In this document: in pieces, positions 28,479-38,672 of the stretch
Position numbering within the stretch: the stretch's first letter is position 1
Layout of the letters: each line of letters begins with the position of its first letter
DNA from: Candidatus Poribacteria bacterium
GTDB taxonomy: Bacteria > Poribacteria > WGA-4E > WGA-3G
DNA length: 64,000 nucleotides
Reading direction: 5' to 3'
Assembly (NCBI GenBank): GCA_965200395.1
Contig: CBDAUH010000003.1
Location: forward strand, 810,398-874,397
The notes under the pieces: generated by a model
What the model was told of the DNA's origin: nothing
Databases searched by the model: none
Seen by the model: only the letters and a program-made list of their open reading frames with translations
Program-made: the position numbers and the translations under genes

Positions 28479-29161
28479 ACTATAAAACTGTTTACGCAAT
28501 GGTTCATGATAAATGGGGAGCCAAACTCAAAGTGCCTCGTAAGAGCCATGTAAAAAAAAACGCAGTAGCGACTGAAACATTCCGCTCCGAGTTTAGCAAA
28601 CATGTCGCTGATGCGGTTGCTGAAAAAGGTGCGGATTTTCAAAGCGTTCGTGTTTTCAGTCAAGATGAGACGCGATATGGTCTTTTGCCTACTACAGAAC
28701 GGCGTATCACGCAACGCGGTGTCAAACCTGTCGCGAAGATAGATTACCAATATACATCGGTTTATCTCTATGGTGCGGTTGAACCTTTGACAGGTGAGCG
28801 ATTTTTCTTAGAACTTTCCCACTTGACTTCAGATTGTTTTCAGTGTTTCATTGATGCTGTATCGGTTGCCTACGCGGAGAGCCTCAACTTATTAGTGCTT
28901 GATAAGGGTCGTTTTCATCATGCTAAATCGTTAGTGGTTCCTGCTAATGTTGTTTTACTTTTCTTACCGCCGTATAGTCCGGAGTTGAACCCAATTGAGC
29001 GTTTCTGGCAAGACTTGAAAGCGAAGTTGTTTACCGAGTTCTATGAGACGCTTGAGGCTATGCAAGCGCAAGTGACGGAGATACTTCAAAGTTATTCCGA
29101 TGCTGCTATCGCTAAACTCACTGGGTTCTCACATTTCATAAAGGCTGCTAATGCAGTATAA
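28475..29161 (+). CDS. IS630 transposase OrfB (DDE/DDD catalytic domain)
   Basis: Motifs SQDETRYGL, LVLDKGRFH and PPYSPELNPIE are typical of IS630/Tc1-mariner. Confidence 0.7.
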   Translation: MNYKTVYAMVHDKWGAKLKVPRKSHVKKNAVATETFRSEFSKHVADAVAEKGADFQSVRVFSQDETRYGLLPTTERRITQRGVKPVAKIDYQYTSVYLYGAVEPLTGERFFLELSHLTSDCFQCFIDAVSVAYAESLNLLVLDKGRFHHAKSLVVPANVVLLFLPPYSPELNPIERFWQDLKAKLFTEFYETLEAMQAQVTEILQSYSDAAIAKLTGFSHFIKAANAV

Positions 29162-29178
29162 ACTCTTAGAAATGGTAT

Positions 29179-29960
29179 TAGAGTTTACAACGTCTTTCTG
29201 GTCAGTTGGCAGTGACCCAAGCACAGATATCCTGGGCAAGCTTATACTTATCCATGAAACAGGTGATACTTTCCAAACTAACCCGCATACTCATCCAACA
29301 GCAATGTCTGATCCTACCGTGAACGTTGGGATGCATACCCATAATATTGCACAAATGCAGACGGCACAAGCTACACACGTATGTACGCTTGCGGTGCTTA
29401 GTCAACAGATAGATTTAGATGCGGATCATCACCTCCCTGGTCAAGCAGTAGATCCTCATACCCATGACTTGTTGGAAATATTGCTAAAATGTTTCTTGAG
29501 TCCTGAACAGCTTGCTGACCCGAAGATTCTGTTTAACATTCCACTTGTAGGATCACCAGAATATCAAGCGTTTTTGAATATAGAACCCAGAAGTATAGCT
29601 GCTTACCATGAATTCTTTGATTCTATAGGGCTGCCTGTGGATCCCGATTTCTTTACGAATCAGTATAAGCAGACTTTCCCTGTAGGTACTCCTGAGGAAT
29701 ATGAACAAGAAATGCAAAGTCGGTTAACAGATCTCTATATCGCGTCTGGAATAGATATTGAAAATTTGACAGATATGGTTGATTATAATTTGCTTCTTGC
29801 CAATTTTTTTGATGATCGGACGACTGCATGGGTGTTAGGCTATTTCCAAGGGGATGATGTATTATTTGGTGAGTGGAGCGTTGATGTGTTGAAAGCTGTG
29901 CAGGTTAGGCCGGGTGGTGGTTCTAGTATCGGCTGCGGTGTGATTGGGTTGATGGAGTAA
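29179..29960 (+). pseudogene. C-terminal part of the SOD-like gene plus a long C-terminal extension
   Basis: In-frame continuation after the IS630 (EFTTSFWSVGSDPSTDILGKLILIHETGDTFQTNP). Confidence 0.5.
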
Positions 29961-29963
29961 AAG

Positions 29964-31286
29964 TTACTGACAATCGGATTTGTGGACATTCTCAAGCTCC
30001 GCTTTTAAATCTTCAGCAGTACCAAAGAGAGAGAGCCCATAATCCCCCATTAGATACCAAAATTCTTCGCGTAACACGTCTGCAAGTTTCGAAGCAAGTC
30101 CGCTGCTAAGCTCTTCATTTTCATAATATTTCATGGCTAACGCTATACGTGCATCTTTATCTATTTTAAAAGACTCTGGGTTTGAAGTTAACAGCTGTAC
30201 AATATCTTCAGGTAATTGGACACCCGTTTTCTTCTCGAAGGCTGCAATACTTTTATGTGTGTTATGGAATGTATCTGCTATATCTAGGCCTTGGAGTATA
30301 GCAGCGGTTAGGTCTCTTTTGGCTTCTTCCCATTTTTTTGCGCGCAAGTACGCTTCACCCCGTATGTAGTAGGATTTGGGATCCTTCGGTTTTAGAATAA
30401 GCATTTGTGTATAGTCAGCAATAGCCTTTTCCAGCTCACCGTTGTCTCGATAGGAATTGCCACGCCCTTGGTACGCCTCGGCAAGTTCTGGATTCAATGC
30501 AATTGCCTCGTTATAGTCTCTGATGGCAGAGTCAAAGTCATTTCGGTAAAAAGATATATTACCGCGATTGTTGTAAGGATGAGCATGTGTCGGTTTCAAT
30601 TCTATTGCTGTGCTATAATCTTTAAAGGCACGGTCATACTCGTGTTTGTTATGGTAGGCGATTCCACGATTATAGTATACTTCAAAAAAGCGCGGTTCCA
30701 GTTCTATCGCCTTGTCATAGTCTTGGATGGCACGGTCAATTCGACCTTTATTCCGGTAGGCGGAACCTCGGTTGCTGTAGGGTTGGGCATAATTGGGATT
30801 CAATCGTATTGCTTCGCTGCAGTCTTCAATACATCGATCAAGGTCGCCCTTTTCACGATAAACAGCACCGCGATTATTATAGGCTTTGGCATAGTTCCAT
30901 TTGAGTTGAATTGCTTTGTTAAAATCTTTTATAGCAAGATCAAATTCACCTATTTTCCCGTAGGTAATACCACGATTGTTGTACGCCTTAATGTGATCTG
31001 ACTTGAGTTGTATCGCCGTAGTATAGTCTTTGATAGCATCTTGATAGTTCTGCTTAAAGTCGAGGATAATTCCACGATTGCAATAAGCATCTGCATAATT
31101 CAGATTTATCTGTATTGCTTTGCTAAATTCTGCCATGGCAAGATCGTATTCACATTTCTCAGCGTGTGCTATACCCCGGGCGTTGTATAACTCAGGACTA
31201 TCCTGTTTAAGGGGTGGCGCATTGTTTTCGTAAGCAAAGCTAAAGTTAGGAGGAATATAAATAGGTACTTGATTTAATTTTTGCAT
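29964..31286 (-). CDS. TPR-repeat protein
   Basis: Many 34-aa repeats of the form …AI..Y..AI.L.P.YA.AY.NRG…. Confidence 0.8.
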   Translation of the reverse strand: MQKLNQVPIYIPPNFSFAYENNAPPLKQDSPELYNARGIAHAEKCEYDLAMAEFSKAIQINLNYADAYCNRGIILDFKQNYQDAIKDYTTAIQLKSDHIKAYNNRGITYGKIGEFDLAIKDFNKAIQLKWNYAKAYNNRGAVYREKGDLDRCIEDCSEAIRLNPNYAQPYSNRGSAYRNKGRIDRAIQDYDKAIELEPRFFEVYYNRGIAYHNKHEYDRAFKDYSTAIELKPTHAHPYNNRGNISFYRNDFDSAIRDYNEAIALNPELAEAYQGRGNSYRDNGELEKAIADYTQMLILKPKDPKSYYIRGEAYLRAKKWEEAKRDLTAAILQGLDIADTFHNTHKSIAAFEKKTGVQLPEDIVQLLTSNPESFKIDKDARIALAMKYYENEELSSGLASKLADVLREEFWYLMGDYGLSLFGTAEDLKAELENVHKSDCQ

Positions 31287-31429
31287 TCTTTCTGTCCTTC
31301 ATGATTCGGGTGCCTATAGAATAATAACATATTGAGCGGCAATTTTCAACTGAACTTCAATAATCCGCACTCAACAAAACCTCTTGCTATAAACCGTAAT
31401 ATTACGTTATCATATCGATGATCATGAAC

Positions 31430-32437
31430 ATGCAAACACACTATCCATCATACATAAGATTATACATCATAATTCTGCTTTTCCTATTTATTGGAACTGT
31501 ACACGCGCAAGTTCTAATAGACTCTGTGATTGCAGTTGTCAATAAACAAGCAATTACGCAAAGCGAACTCGTTGACGAATTTCGCATTGAGGCTATTATT
31601 ATGGATAAAGTCTTGAAGAAAGAACCGACAGAAGTAGATAAACGGACATATTTGGATCGTATCATCAGACGTAAAATTGTTCTACAAGGAGCTAAACAGA
31701 TAGGCATTACAACTGCCGATCACAAGAAACGAGTAGCAGACCGCATCGCTGAGATACGTCGCAAATTTCCATCTGAAAAGGCATTTCAAAACGTTATGCA
31801 GGGACAGGAGCTTGAGATGGCAACGTTAGAAAAGTGGGTGTATGAACAGATTATTTACGAAATTTATTATAATCGTCAGTTTATCAATAGGGTTGATAAT
31901 AGGGAGGTAGATGAATCAGCGCCGCTATATTTTGAAGCAAATAAAGCAAAATATGTTGTTCCTGCAACGGTTACATTTCGTTCTATCTTGGTAACTTTTC
32001 CACCTGAAGGTTCAGAAGAGCAGAAGCAAACTGCCAAACGGATCGCCGAACAGATTAATTCACGTTTGCAGAGCGGAGAGATTTATGAAAAGATTGAGCA
32101 AAGTAACAAAACGAACCCTTCTATCAGTTTTGATTCTCTAACTCTAACAACAGACACGCCGTTGGGAGCAACTGTTGCAAAATTAGGACCTTCGGAACGT
32201 GAGGGGCCTATTCCCGTGCCAGCGGGATATCAGATTGTTGAACTTGTCAAGAAAACTGATGCTCGTCAAAAACAGTATTCTGAAGTTAAAGACGAGATCT
32301 CTACAATGATTCGAGGAAATATAGCTGAAACTGAATTTAACGAATGGTTGGCAAGACAAAAAACGAGTGTATCTTGGTATATTATCGACGATGCACTCAA
32401 GCGGGTCAACCAGATACAGATTCAACTGGCAGAATGA
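31430..32437 (+). CDS. SurA-like periplasmic chaperone / parvulin-type PPIase with signal peptide
   Basis: N-terminal hydrophobic signal (YIIILLFLFIGTVHA). SurA N-domain-like helices, then a parvulin-like segment. Confidence 0.45.
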   Translation: MQTHYPSYIRLYIIILLFLFIGTVHAQVLIDSVIAVVNKQAITQSELVDEFRIEAIIMDKVLKKEPTEVDKRTYLDRIIRRKIVLQGAKQIGITTADHKKRVADRIAEIRRKFPSEKAFQNVMQGQELEMATLEKWVYEQIIYEIYYNRQFINRVDNREVDESAPLYFEANKAKYVVPATVTFRSILVTFPPEGSEEQKQTAKRIAEQINSRLQSGEIYEKIEQSNKTNPSISFDSLTLTTDTPLGATVAKLGPSEREGPIPVPAGYQIVELVKKTDARQKQYSEVKDEISTMIRGNIAETEFNEWLARQKTSVSWYIIDDALKRVNQIQIQLAE

Positions 32438-32441
32438 CAAA

Positions 32442-34049
32442 ATGAGATATATTCGATCGTTAACATTCATTTGCATTCTATTTCTGATGTACGTTGCATT
32501 AGGTTTTAGTGAGGTATTGGAGTGGGATATTTCCACCTATCCTGCGGAGGTGCAGGGGCAATTTGATAAGGCACAGGGAGCGTTCAAAAAAGAGAAATTT
32601 GCGGAGGCATTACGTCTATATGAAATGATTGCTAAGAATTCGCCTACTTTTGTAATGGCACATATTGGGGTAGGCGATGCAGCTGCGAAGTTAGGACGTT
32701 ATTCCAAGGCGATTGACGCGTTCCAACATGCATTACAACTGATTTCAGTGATTCCTTATGCTAAACGAATATCCTTTGAACCGACTGTGCAAGCCAAACT
32801 TGCGACTGCTTATCATCGGAATAAGCAATTGGATGAGGCGGATACATTGTTTCGGGCGGCCCTCAGAGCGGTAGGGGAAAACGCTCCTGTTACTTGGCAT
32901 ATTGCTTTGGGACAGATTGAAACCGAGCGTGGCAATTTGGAGAAGGCGCGGCGTTATTACATTGTGGCGGTGCAACTTCATCGAGAGTCGACCGCTGTCT
33001 GTAATAACCTCGGACATGTTTTGTTAAGACTTAACCGTATTGATGAGGCGGATGCGGTGTTTCGTCAAGCATTGACCTTAGATCAAACGTTGGCAAGTGC
33101 TGCTTTTGGCAGGGGCGAAGTCGCAGCGAAGCGTGGACAATTCATTACAGCACAACGTTTTTACGAACAAGCTATTCAGCAAACGCCACACGAACCGATT
33201 TTTCATAAATCACTTGCAGATGTGCTTGAACAACTTGAGGATACCGAAGGAGCTAAGCGGGCGCGACTACGTTATAAACAGACTTTAGCAGAAGTCTATC
33301 GTCGACGAGCACATCGGTATATTGAGAAACAGGAAGGCAAATCTGCATTGGCGTTACTGTCGAAGGCACTTGAAGTAGATGCAACCTATATCCCTGCACT
33401 AAAAGATTACGGTTATGTTCAGATGCAGATGAAGGAATTGGAAACCGCGAAGCAGACTTATTTACGTGTGCTTGAATTAGAACCTGCTTCACGGCAGGCG
33501 TTGTTACATCTCGGTATGATAGCGGTACAACTCGGAAATCAAGCTGAAGCGGAGTCACACTTTCTCACACTCATTCGGCACGAACCGGATTTTATGGACA
33601 CATACTCGCAGCTTGCCAATCTCCGTGAAGCGTCGAAGGATCTTAAAGGGGCTGAGAACGCGCTTACGATGGGAATTTTGCATCAACCGATATGGGCACC
33701 GGGATATTGGTGGCGTGGGCAAATTTACCGCAGACTTGGGGACTCTTCTAAGGCGGAGGCGGATTTTCGGCGTGCTATCCAGCTTGCACCAGATGTCCCA
33801 TTTCCGAAGGATGCTTTAGCTGCGCAGCTTGCGAATGAAAATAGGTCGCTTGATGAAGCACTTAGACTTGCCGAATCTGCTGTTGCAAGCGATAGCAGAC
33901 CGACACATATTGCAACGTTGGCACTTGTCTATTACCGTCTCAAGCGGACAACTGACGCGCGACGCGAAATAGATAAAGCTTTTTTACGATCTCCAAAGCA
34001 TCCTTATGTTTTAAAAATTCGCACAGAGATCCTGCAGATTGAGAAATAA
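32442..34049 (+). CDS. TPR-repeat protein with N-terminal signal/anchor
   Basis: TPR repeats throughout. Start chosen at the Met preceding the hydrophobic segment (the ORF is open from 32367). Confidence 0.7.
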   Translation: MRYIRSLTFICILFLMYVALGFSEVLEWDISTYPAEVQGQFDKAQGAFKKEKFAEALRLYEMIAKNSPTFVMAHIGVGDAAAKLGRYSKAIDAFQHALQLISVIPYAKRISFEPTVQAKLATAYHRNKQLDEADTLFRAALRAVGENAPVTWHIALGQIETERGNLEKARRYYIVAVQLHRESTAVCNNLGHVLLRLNRIDEADAVFRQALTLDQTLASAAFGRGEVAAKRGQFITAQRFYEQAIQQTPHEPIFHKSLADVLEQLEDTEGAKRARLRYKQTLAEVYRRRAHRYIEKQEGKSALALLSKALEVDATYIPALKDYGYVQMQMKELETAKQTYLRVLELEPASRQALLHLGMIAVQLGNQAEAESHFLTLIRHEPDFMDTYSQLANLREASKDLKGAENALTMGILHQPIWAPGYWWRGQIYRRLGDSSKAEADFRRAIQLAPDVPFPKDALAAQLANENRSLDEALRLAESAVASDSRPTHIATLALVYYRLKRTTDARREIDKAFLRSPKHPYVLKIRTEILQIEK

Positions 34050-34289
34050 GAGGTAAATCACGTTTGTTCCTCAAGTTTCTTAGGTATTTTGAGTAGTGTC
34101 AAATTAAATACTTGCCAACTTATCGTAATTATGTTAACATTATAAATAAGTTATGTAGTACATAAGCTTGAAGAGACTTTTTAGGCAATCCTAATGCTTT
34201 AGCATTGGGTCCAGCCCGCGTTATCTTATGTGAGAAGTCAAAAGGAGATTTGACTTTACAAGTAAAATGTGTTATCCTATATTTAGTAT

Positions 34290-34470
34290 TCTTCACTCGT
34301 AAGAAGGTGCGGATGCTAATAATCTCGCGGTCGGATTGACCGAGAGACTAAACGCTTGTGGAGTGCAATTAAGACCTCACACAGTTTGGGAAGGGGGCAT
34401 GAGACACGGAAGCAGGAATCACATAGGAACTGTGTGCCCTAAGAAGCACACGGATTTATCCGTAGTGAGT
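34290..34470 (+). ncRNA. Candidate structured RNA (about 180 nt) closed by a helix ACTCGT…ACGAGT, upstream of the CXXCH lipoprotein gene; family not identified
   Basis: Long-range pairing 34292-34297 / 34459-34464. Several internal G-rich/C-rich complementary segments. Non-coding in all frames. Absent from the diverged tandem duplicate of this segment. Confidence 0.25.
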
Positions 34471-34583
34471 ATCACGAGTAACATACTAAAGATAAATGTC
34501 TTATTTTCTTTAAATCTCAATAATAGATTTGTAACTCTTCTTTAAATTTTACTTTAGAATTCTATAGATAAGGAGCATGAATA

Positions 34584-35309
34584 ATGTTAAAATTTCAGAT
34601 ACCCGTTATTTTCATCTTAATCGGTTGTATGGTGTTCATTGTGGCTTGTGATCGTAGCCAGGAAGCATTGGAAGATGTCATGATGGAGCCGGGAATGATG
34701 GATGCTGACGATATGGGCGATACGATGGAAATGATGATGGATACGATGGCTTACAAAGAGTGGATGAGTGTTGATCTTCCTGCACCGATGATGACTGTTG
34801 AAGAGGCTGCTGCTGCAATGAATGCGGCTGGAACAGGTCAGGCACATGGAACCGGAGTGCGCACTGTTTATTTCAACGAAGCTGCTGCTATGGTAAATAC
34901 GGCTGAGGGTGATAAGATGTATCCTGTTGGATCTATGATTGTAAAAGAAGTCATGGATGATGAAAATACAACGATCGTACAGGTCGCGTCAATGACAAAA
35001 ACCGATGACCCGACGTATATGGAACATGGCGGATGGATATACGGTATCAATGGAACTAACTTCGCTGTTGCAGATAGTATGGGGTGTGACGGATGCCACG
35101 CAAAAGCTGGTGCAGGTAATGATTACGTCTTTGTATCGCTTGCGGCGGATGCTGGCATGGCAGATGGTGGCATGACCGATGCTGGTGATGCTGACGGTGG
35201 CATGGCAGACGATGGTGGCGGTGCTGCAGATGCTGACATGGCAGACGATGGCAGTGATGCTGCAGACGATGGTAGCGGTGCTGCAGACGATGGTAGTGAC
35301 GGTGCCTAA
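34584..35309 (+). CDS. Lipoprotein with a single CXXCH haem-binding motif (GCDGCHAKAG) and an acidic low-complexity tail (ADDGSDAADDGSGAADDGSDGA)
   Basis: Lipobox-like IGCMVFIVAC, CXXCH motif. A paralogous N-terminus is found at 38421..38672. Confidence 0.5.
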   Translation: MLKFQIPVIFILIGCMVFIVACDRSQEALEDVMMEPGMMDADDMGDTMEMMMDTMAYKEWMSVDLPAPMMTVEEAAAAMNAAGTGQAHGTGVRTVYFNEAAAMVNTAEGDKMYPVGSMIVKEVMDDENTTIVQVASMTKTDDPTYMEHGGWIYGINGTNFAVADSMGCDGCHAKAGAGNDYVFVSLAADAGMADGGMTDAGDADGGMADDGGGAADADMADDGSDAADDGSGAADDGSDGA

Positions 35310-35351
35310 ACATTTCATGTTACATACAACAAAATCGGATTGGCAGAACAT

Positions 35352-35388
35352 TTAGTTGTTCCCAATCCGGTTTTCTTTTTCTCACATC
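35352..35388 (+). terminator. Rho-independent terminator (CGGATTGG…CCAATCCGG + T-run)
   Basis: AATCGGATTGGcagaacatttagttgttCCCAATCCGGTTTTCTTTTT. A homologous hairpin lies at 38700-38745. Confidence 0.6.
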
Positions 35389-35453
35389 TTAGTAGGTGTG
35401 GTTTCTTAGCGAAATGGATAAATCTTTTTTTACAATCTCCAAACCTCCTTATG

Positions 35454-36772
35454 TAGGGTTATTTAGTTTTATAGATATTCATTTTATCAAGTTAACTGTG
35501 AGTAAAGGTTTTGATGCATATTCCTTTATTTTATCAGCGATCCGTGTTATGCCTTGAAAACGGAATACGGATAATGCGGTATTTCGTAAAGCGGCCATGA
35601 CTTGTGGAATAGCCCCGCATCTGACAGGTGATGCGTCCTCGCCGAGTAGCACATCGCGCATCCAATGCGACTTGTTCTCTATTGCCCAATGGCCTCTCCG
35701 TAAAGCAAGTAAGCGTTCTGCGGATGCCTCACTCGGTTTCAGGCTCGTAATCCCATAGGTAGTGCGGGTTGTCTCTTCTCCTGTCTTCATATTTTTGGAA
35801 GTATAGCAATATTGGATCACTTGTGCTACGCCCGGCCAATCCAGATATGCGTTGAGACTTGTGCTTGCCTTGATACATCGCGTCTCAAGTCTGCCATGCG
35901 ACTTTTCAATCGTCTCATGCATGTATATCGGTTTCCCTAAAGTAGGGTGTGTTGTGTCTTCAGAAACCGCGTCAGGCACGCCTTGAAAAAGTTTTTCAAT
36001 CGCTTCTAACAGGTCCGGTTGATTGCCTTTAACAGGCAGCATATAGTCGCCCCCGCTGTTTATGATTCCGTGGCAGAAAGAGCGTTGTGTCAAAAGGGCA
36101 TCCGTTGTGATAACTTTGCCTGCTACATCAAACGCTTTGAGGATTTCCGTTGATACCGGTATTTCATTGGTTTTGTCGCTGACACCTCGCTGCGTGAGGG
36201 TGATCCCTAACTCATGAGAGACGACGGAGAGTAAATGGCTGATCATCGCACCACTTTTTTTAGACGCACGCAGGGTTTTGCCATCTATAGCGACTGCGTC
36301 GGAACACCCCCGCAAATCAGGGCACTCTGCTAATGCGGCGTTTACCCATTTTGACAGGATGTTTTCTAATGCTTCAACGTCCAACTTTTTCAACAGATTA
36401 TGGATAGTTGCGGCACAAGGCGTTTTGTGATGTGTGAACCCGAGTGCTTTTGTGAGTGCGGGCTGTGAGCGTGCCCAGGTAGCGATGGATGTATACCCTT
36501 TATGCCCGCACATCAATCCAACGACTAAAAGTGCGAGGATTGCTTTCAACGGGTGTCGTTTCCCTTTTTCCTTGCGTGGGTCTGTAAGTTCTGCTAACAT
36601 ATCCATTAAGTGGCAGGACTTTTTTCTTGTCATTCTTCACCTCAAAAGATCGTAAGTTTTTAAGGTGAAGTATAGCAGATATACCATGAAAAATCACGGT
36701 ATATCTGCACATCCTAAAATATTAACGATTGTGATAAAAAACAACTAAAATACATAAAACTAAATAACCCTA
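35454..36772 (-). mobile_element. ISAs1-family IS, copy 1 (1319 bp), terminal inverted repeat TAGGGTTATTTAGTTTTAT, 9-bp TSD CTCCTTATG (35445-35453 and 36773-36781)
   Basis: Identical to 62318..63636 in inverted orientation. Flanking 9-bp direct repeats. Confidence 0.85.
35479..36633 (-). CDS. ISAs1-family transposase (H-repeat-associated-type N-terminal domain + DDE)
   Basis: 384 aa, identical to 62457..63611. ISAs1-like motifs (KGKRHPL…, AIDGKTLR, ITTDALLTQ). Confidence 0.7.
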   Translation of the reverse strand: MTRKKSCHLMDMLAELTDPRKEKGKRHPLKAILALLVVGLMCGHKGYTSIATWARSQPALTKALGFTHHKTPCAATIHNLLKKLDVEALENILSKWVNAALAECPDLRGCSDAVAIDGKTLRASKKSGAMISHLLSVVSHELGITLTQRGVSDKTNEIPVSTEILKAFDVAGKVITTDALLTQRSFCHGIINSGGDYMLPVKGNQPDLLEAIEKLFQGVPDAVSEDTTHPTLGKPIYMHETIEKSHGRLETRCIKASTSLNAYLDWPGVAQVIQYCYTSKNMKTGEETTRTTYGITSLKPSEASAERLLALRRGHWAIENKSHWMRDVLLGEDASPVRCGAIPQVMAALRNTALSVFRFQGITRIADKIKEYASKPLLTVNLIK

Positions 36773-36904
36773 CTCCTTATGTTCTAAGAATTTGCGCAGA
36801 GATCCTGCGGGTCGACAGATTTAGGTATTTTGAATAGTGGCAAATTATTAAATACTTGCCAAAAAATTGTAACTTTGTTAAGATTATAGTAGTTATGTAG
36901 TACA

Positions 36905-38308
36905 TACTATAGTTTGGACAATTTTAGAAATTTTTAGTGCGAAAAAACAGAAAAGCAGGTATCCTTTCATAAACAAATATATTTTTTGAAAGGAGAATAA
37001 AAAATGAACCTCCTTTTCTGCTTAGACGACATTCTATCAGATTTTCAGTATCTGTTCAACACACAAAACTATGCTCTTTTCCAAGCGTTTATTTTCGGAT
37101 TTATCGCAGATGGAAATAGTGGCACGCTAACGGAACTTTATCAATCAGGTTTTTCACAGACGCGATACTGGTCTTTTCCAAAGTTTCTATCGCGTGGTAA
37201 ATGGGATGCGGATAAAGTCGCAGGACACCTGACAAAAAAGGTTCAGCAAGCATTTCCTAACTGGGTTTATGTGTATGATGAGACCAAAGCCATAAAAACA
37301 GGTGAACGCCAGTGGGGGTTGCATTTTTTCCGCAACTTCAGTTATCAAAAGGGTCGCGTGAACCGATCCAAGTTCCATTATGGACACGAGTTTGGTGCCT
37401 TAGGTTTACTTTGCCAAACATCTATAGGTTGGCAGCTATTCCCCGTATGGGCGAGACTGATGGTGCCGCAGACGTGCCGTGATAAAAGCGATGCGGTGTT
37501 GAAACGCATCTGTTCCCAGATCGCTCCGGGTCTTATTATTTTTGATCGTGGGTTCTCAAGGCGAAAAGTGTTTACGCTGGTTCAAAGTTATGGACATCAT
37601 ATCTTGTGTCGTGCGAAGTCTAATGCCGTCTTCTATCGTTTACCGGAACAGCCGAAACATCGCCAGCGTGGCCGTCCGCGAAAATATGGAGACCGCTTGG
37701 ATATTCGCAGGATGCGGTATACGCTTATGGATATAGAAGGCCAAAAGTATTCAATCGCCTCCAAAGTCGTGAGAACGAAGATGTGCGATGCTGATATTCG
37801 CCTCGTTGTTATCCGAAGTCGCCCGAAAACCTCGAAACCTTATCGGTATTTCTGTGTATGGACAACAGATTTGACGATTGGGATACCACAGATCGCTATA
37901 TATTATCGCAAGAGATGGCACATAGAGACGGCTTTTCGGGATGCGAAGCAACACTTCGGTTTTGATGACTATCGCCTGAAATCCCGCAAAAGCATCAATC
38001 GGTTTGTGCAATTGAGTTTCGTTGCAGCAAGTCTGACGAAGTTGCTATTCACCCCACGGGATGGGACGGCGGAGGAGATAAGTGCTCAGGTAGTTTGTGA
38101 TCAGTTGGGCATCCATTGGTATCATCCGAAGCGTCTCACACAAGGGTTGCGTGTAGTTTATCTCCGCTGGCAGCTCTACAGAGCGGTATTTTCTGCGATT
38201 TACTCTGAAAAAACAAACTCACAGAAAATACACACCGATTTTCACAAAGAGACAGCATTGCCTGCGGACAACGCAGCCTGAATGTCCCAAAATGTCCAAA
38301 CTTTAGTA
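36905..38308 (+). mobile_element. IS4/IS701/IS1634-like element copy B (1404 bp), 5-bp TSD GTACA (36900-36904 and 38309-38313)
   Basis: Identical to 778..2181. The target site can be reconstructed from paralogous sequence at 34150 (agttatgtagtacataagcttg). Confidence 0.85.
37004..38281 (+). CDS. DDE transposase (identical to 877..2154)
   Basis: Identical 425-aa ORF. Confidence 0.8.
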   Translation: MNLLFCLDDILSDFQYLFNTQNYALFQAFIFGFIADGNSGTLTELYQSGFSQTRYWSFPKFLSRGKWDADKVAGHLTKKVQQAFPNWVYVYDETKAIKTGERQWGLHFFRNFSYQKGRVNRSKFHYGHEFGALGLLCQTSIGWQLFPVWARLMVPQTCRDKSDAVLKRICSQIAPGLIIFDRGFSRRKVFTLVQSYGHHILCRAKSNAVFYRLPEQPKHRQRGRPRKYGDRLDIRRMRYTLMDIEGQKYSIASKVVRTKMCDADIRLVVIRSRPKTSKPYRYFCVWTTDLTIGIPQIAIYYRKRWHIETAFRDAKQHFGFDDYRLKSRKSINRFVQLSFVAASLTKLLFTPRDGTAEEISAQVVCDQLGIHWYHPKRLTQGLRVVYLRWQLYRAVFSAIYSEKTNSQKIHTDFHKETALPADNAA

Positions 38309-38420
38309 GTACATAAACTTGGAGAGTAATATATTAAAAAGGATGAATGTTTTTTAAATCTCAATGATAGATTTGTAACTCTTCTTCAAATTTTACTTTA
38401 GAATTCTATAGATAAGGAGC

Positions 38421-38672
38421 ATGAATATGCTAAAATTTCAGATATCCGTTATTTTCATCTTAATCGGTTGTATGGTGTTCATTATGGCTTGTGACCGTGG
38501 CCAGAATATGTTAGAGAATGCCATGATGGAACCAGCAATGACGGACAGTGGCAGCGGTGATCCTGACAGTGGCAGTGGTGATCCTGACAGTGGCAGCGGT
38601 GATCCTGACAGTGGCAGTGATGATCCTGACGGTGGCGGTGATGATCCTGACAGTGGCAGCGGTAATGCCTAA
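38421..38672 (+). CDS. Small lipoprotein with (DPDSGSG)n acidic repeats; diverged paralog of 34584..35309
   Basis: Shared N-terminus MLKFQI(P/S)VIFILIGCMVFI(V/M)ACDR. Followed by a paralogous terminator hairpin. Confidence 0.45.
   Translation: MNMLKFQISVIFILIGCMVFIMACDRGQNMLENAMMEPAMTDSGSGDPDSGSGDPDSGSGDPDSGSDDPDGGGDDPDSGSGNA

Larger units (their letters stand above)
28037..29178 (+). mobile_element. IS630-family element (1142 bp) with TA target duplication (28035-36 and 29179-80); imperfect terminal inverted repeats TACCAAATCTA / TAGAAATGGTA
   Basis: The host-gene frame is restored exactly when 28037..29180 is removed. Carries a two-ORF IS630/Tc1-like transposase. Confidence 0.65.

Noticed and set aside
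34170-34260. A possible tRNA in GGCAATCCTAATGCTTTAGCATTGGGTCCAGCCCGCG
   Set aside because: Only a single hairpin. No cloverleaf, no T-loop GTTC-type motif, no acceptor stem.
34290-34470. A cobalamin or SRP-RNA assignment for the structured region
   Set aside because: Only fragmentary resemblance (GGGAAG…ACTGT; GGAAGCAGG). The conserved B12 box and the SRP domain IV are not convincingly present, so it is kept as an unclassified ncRNA candidate.
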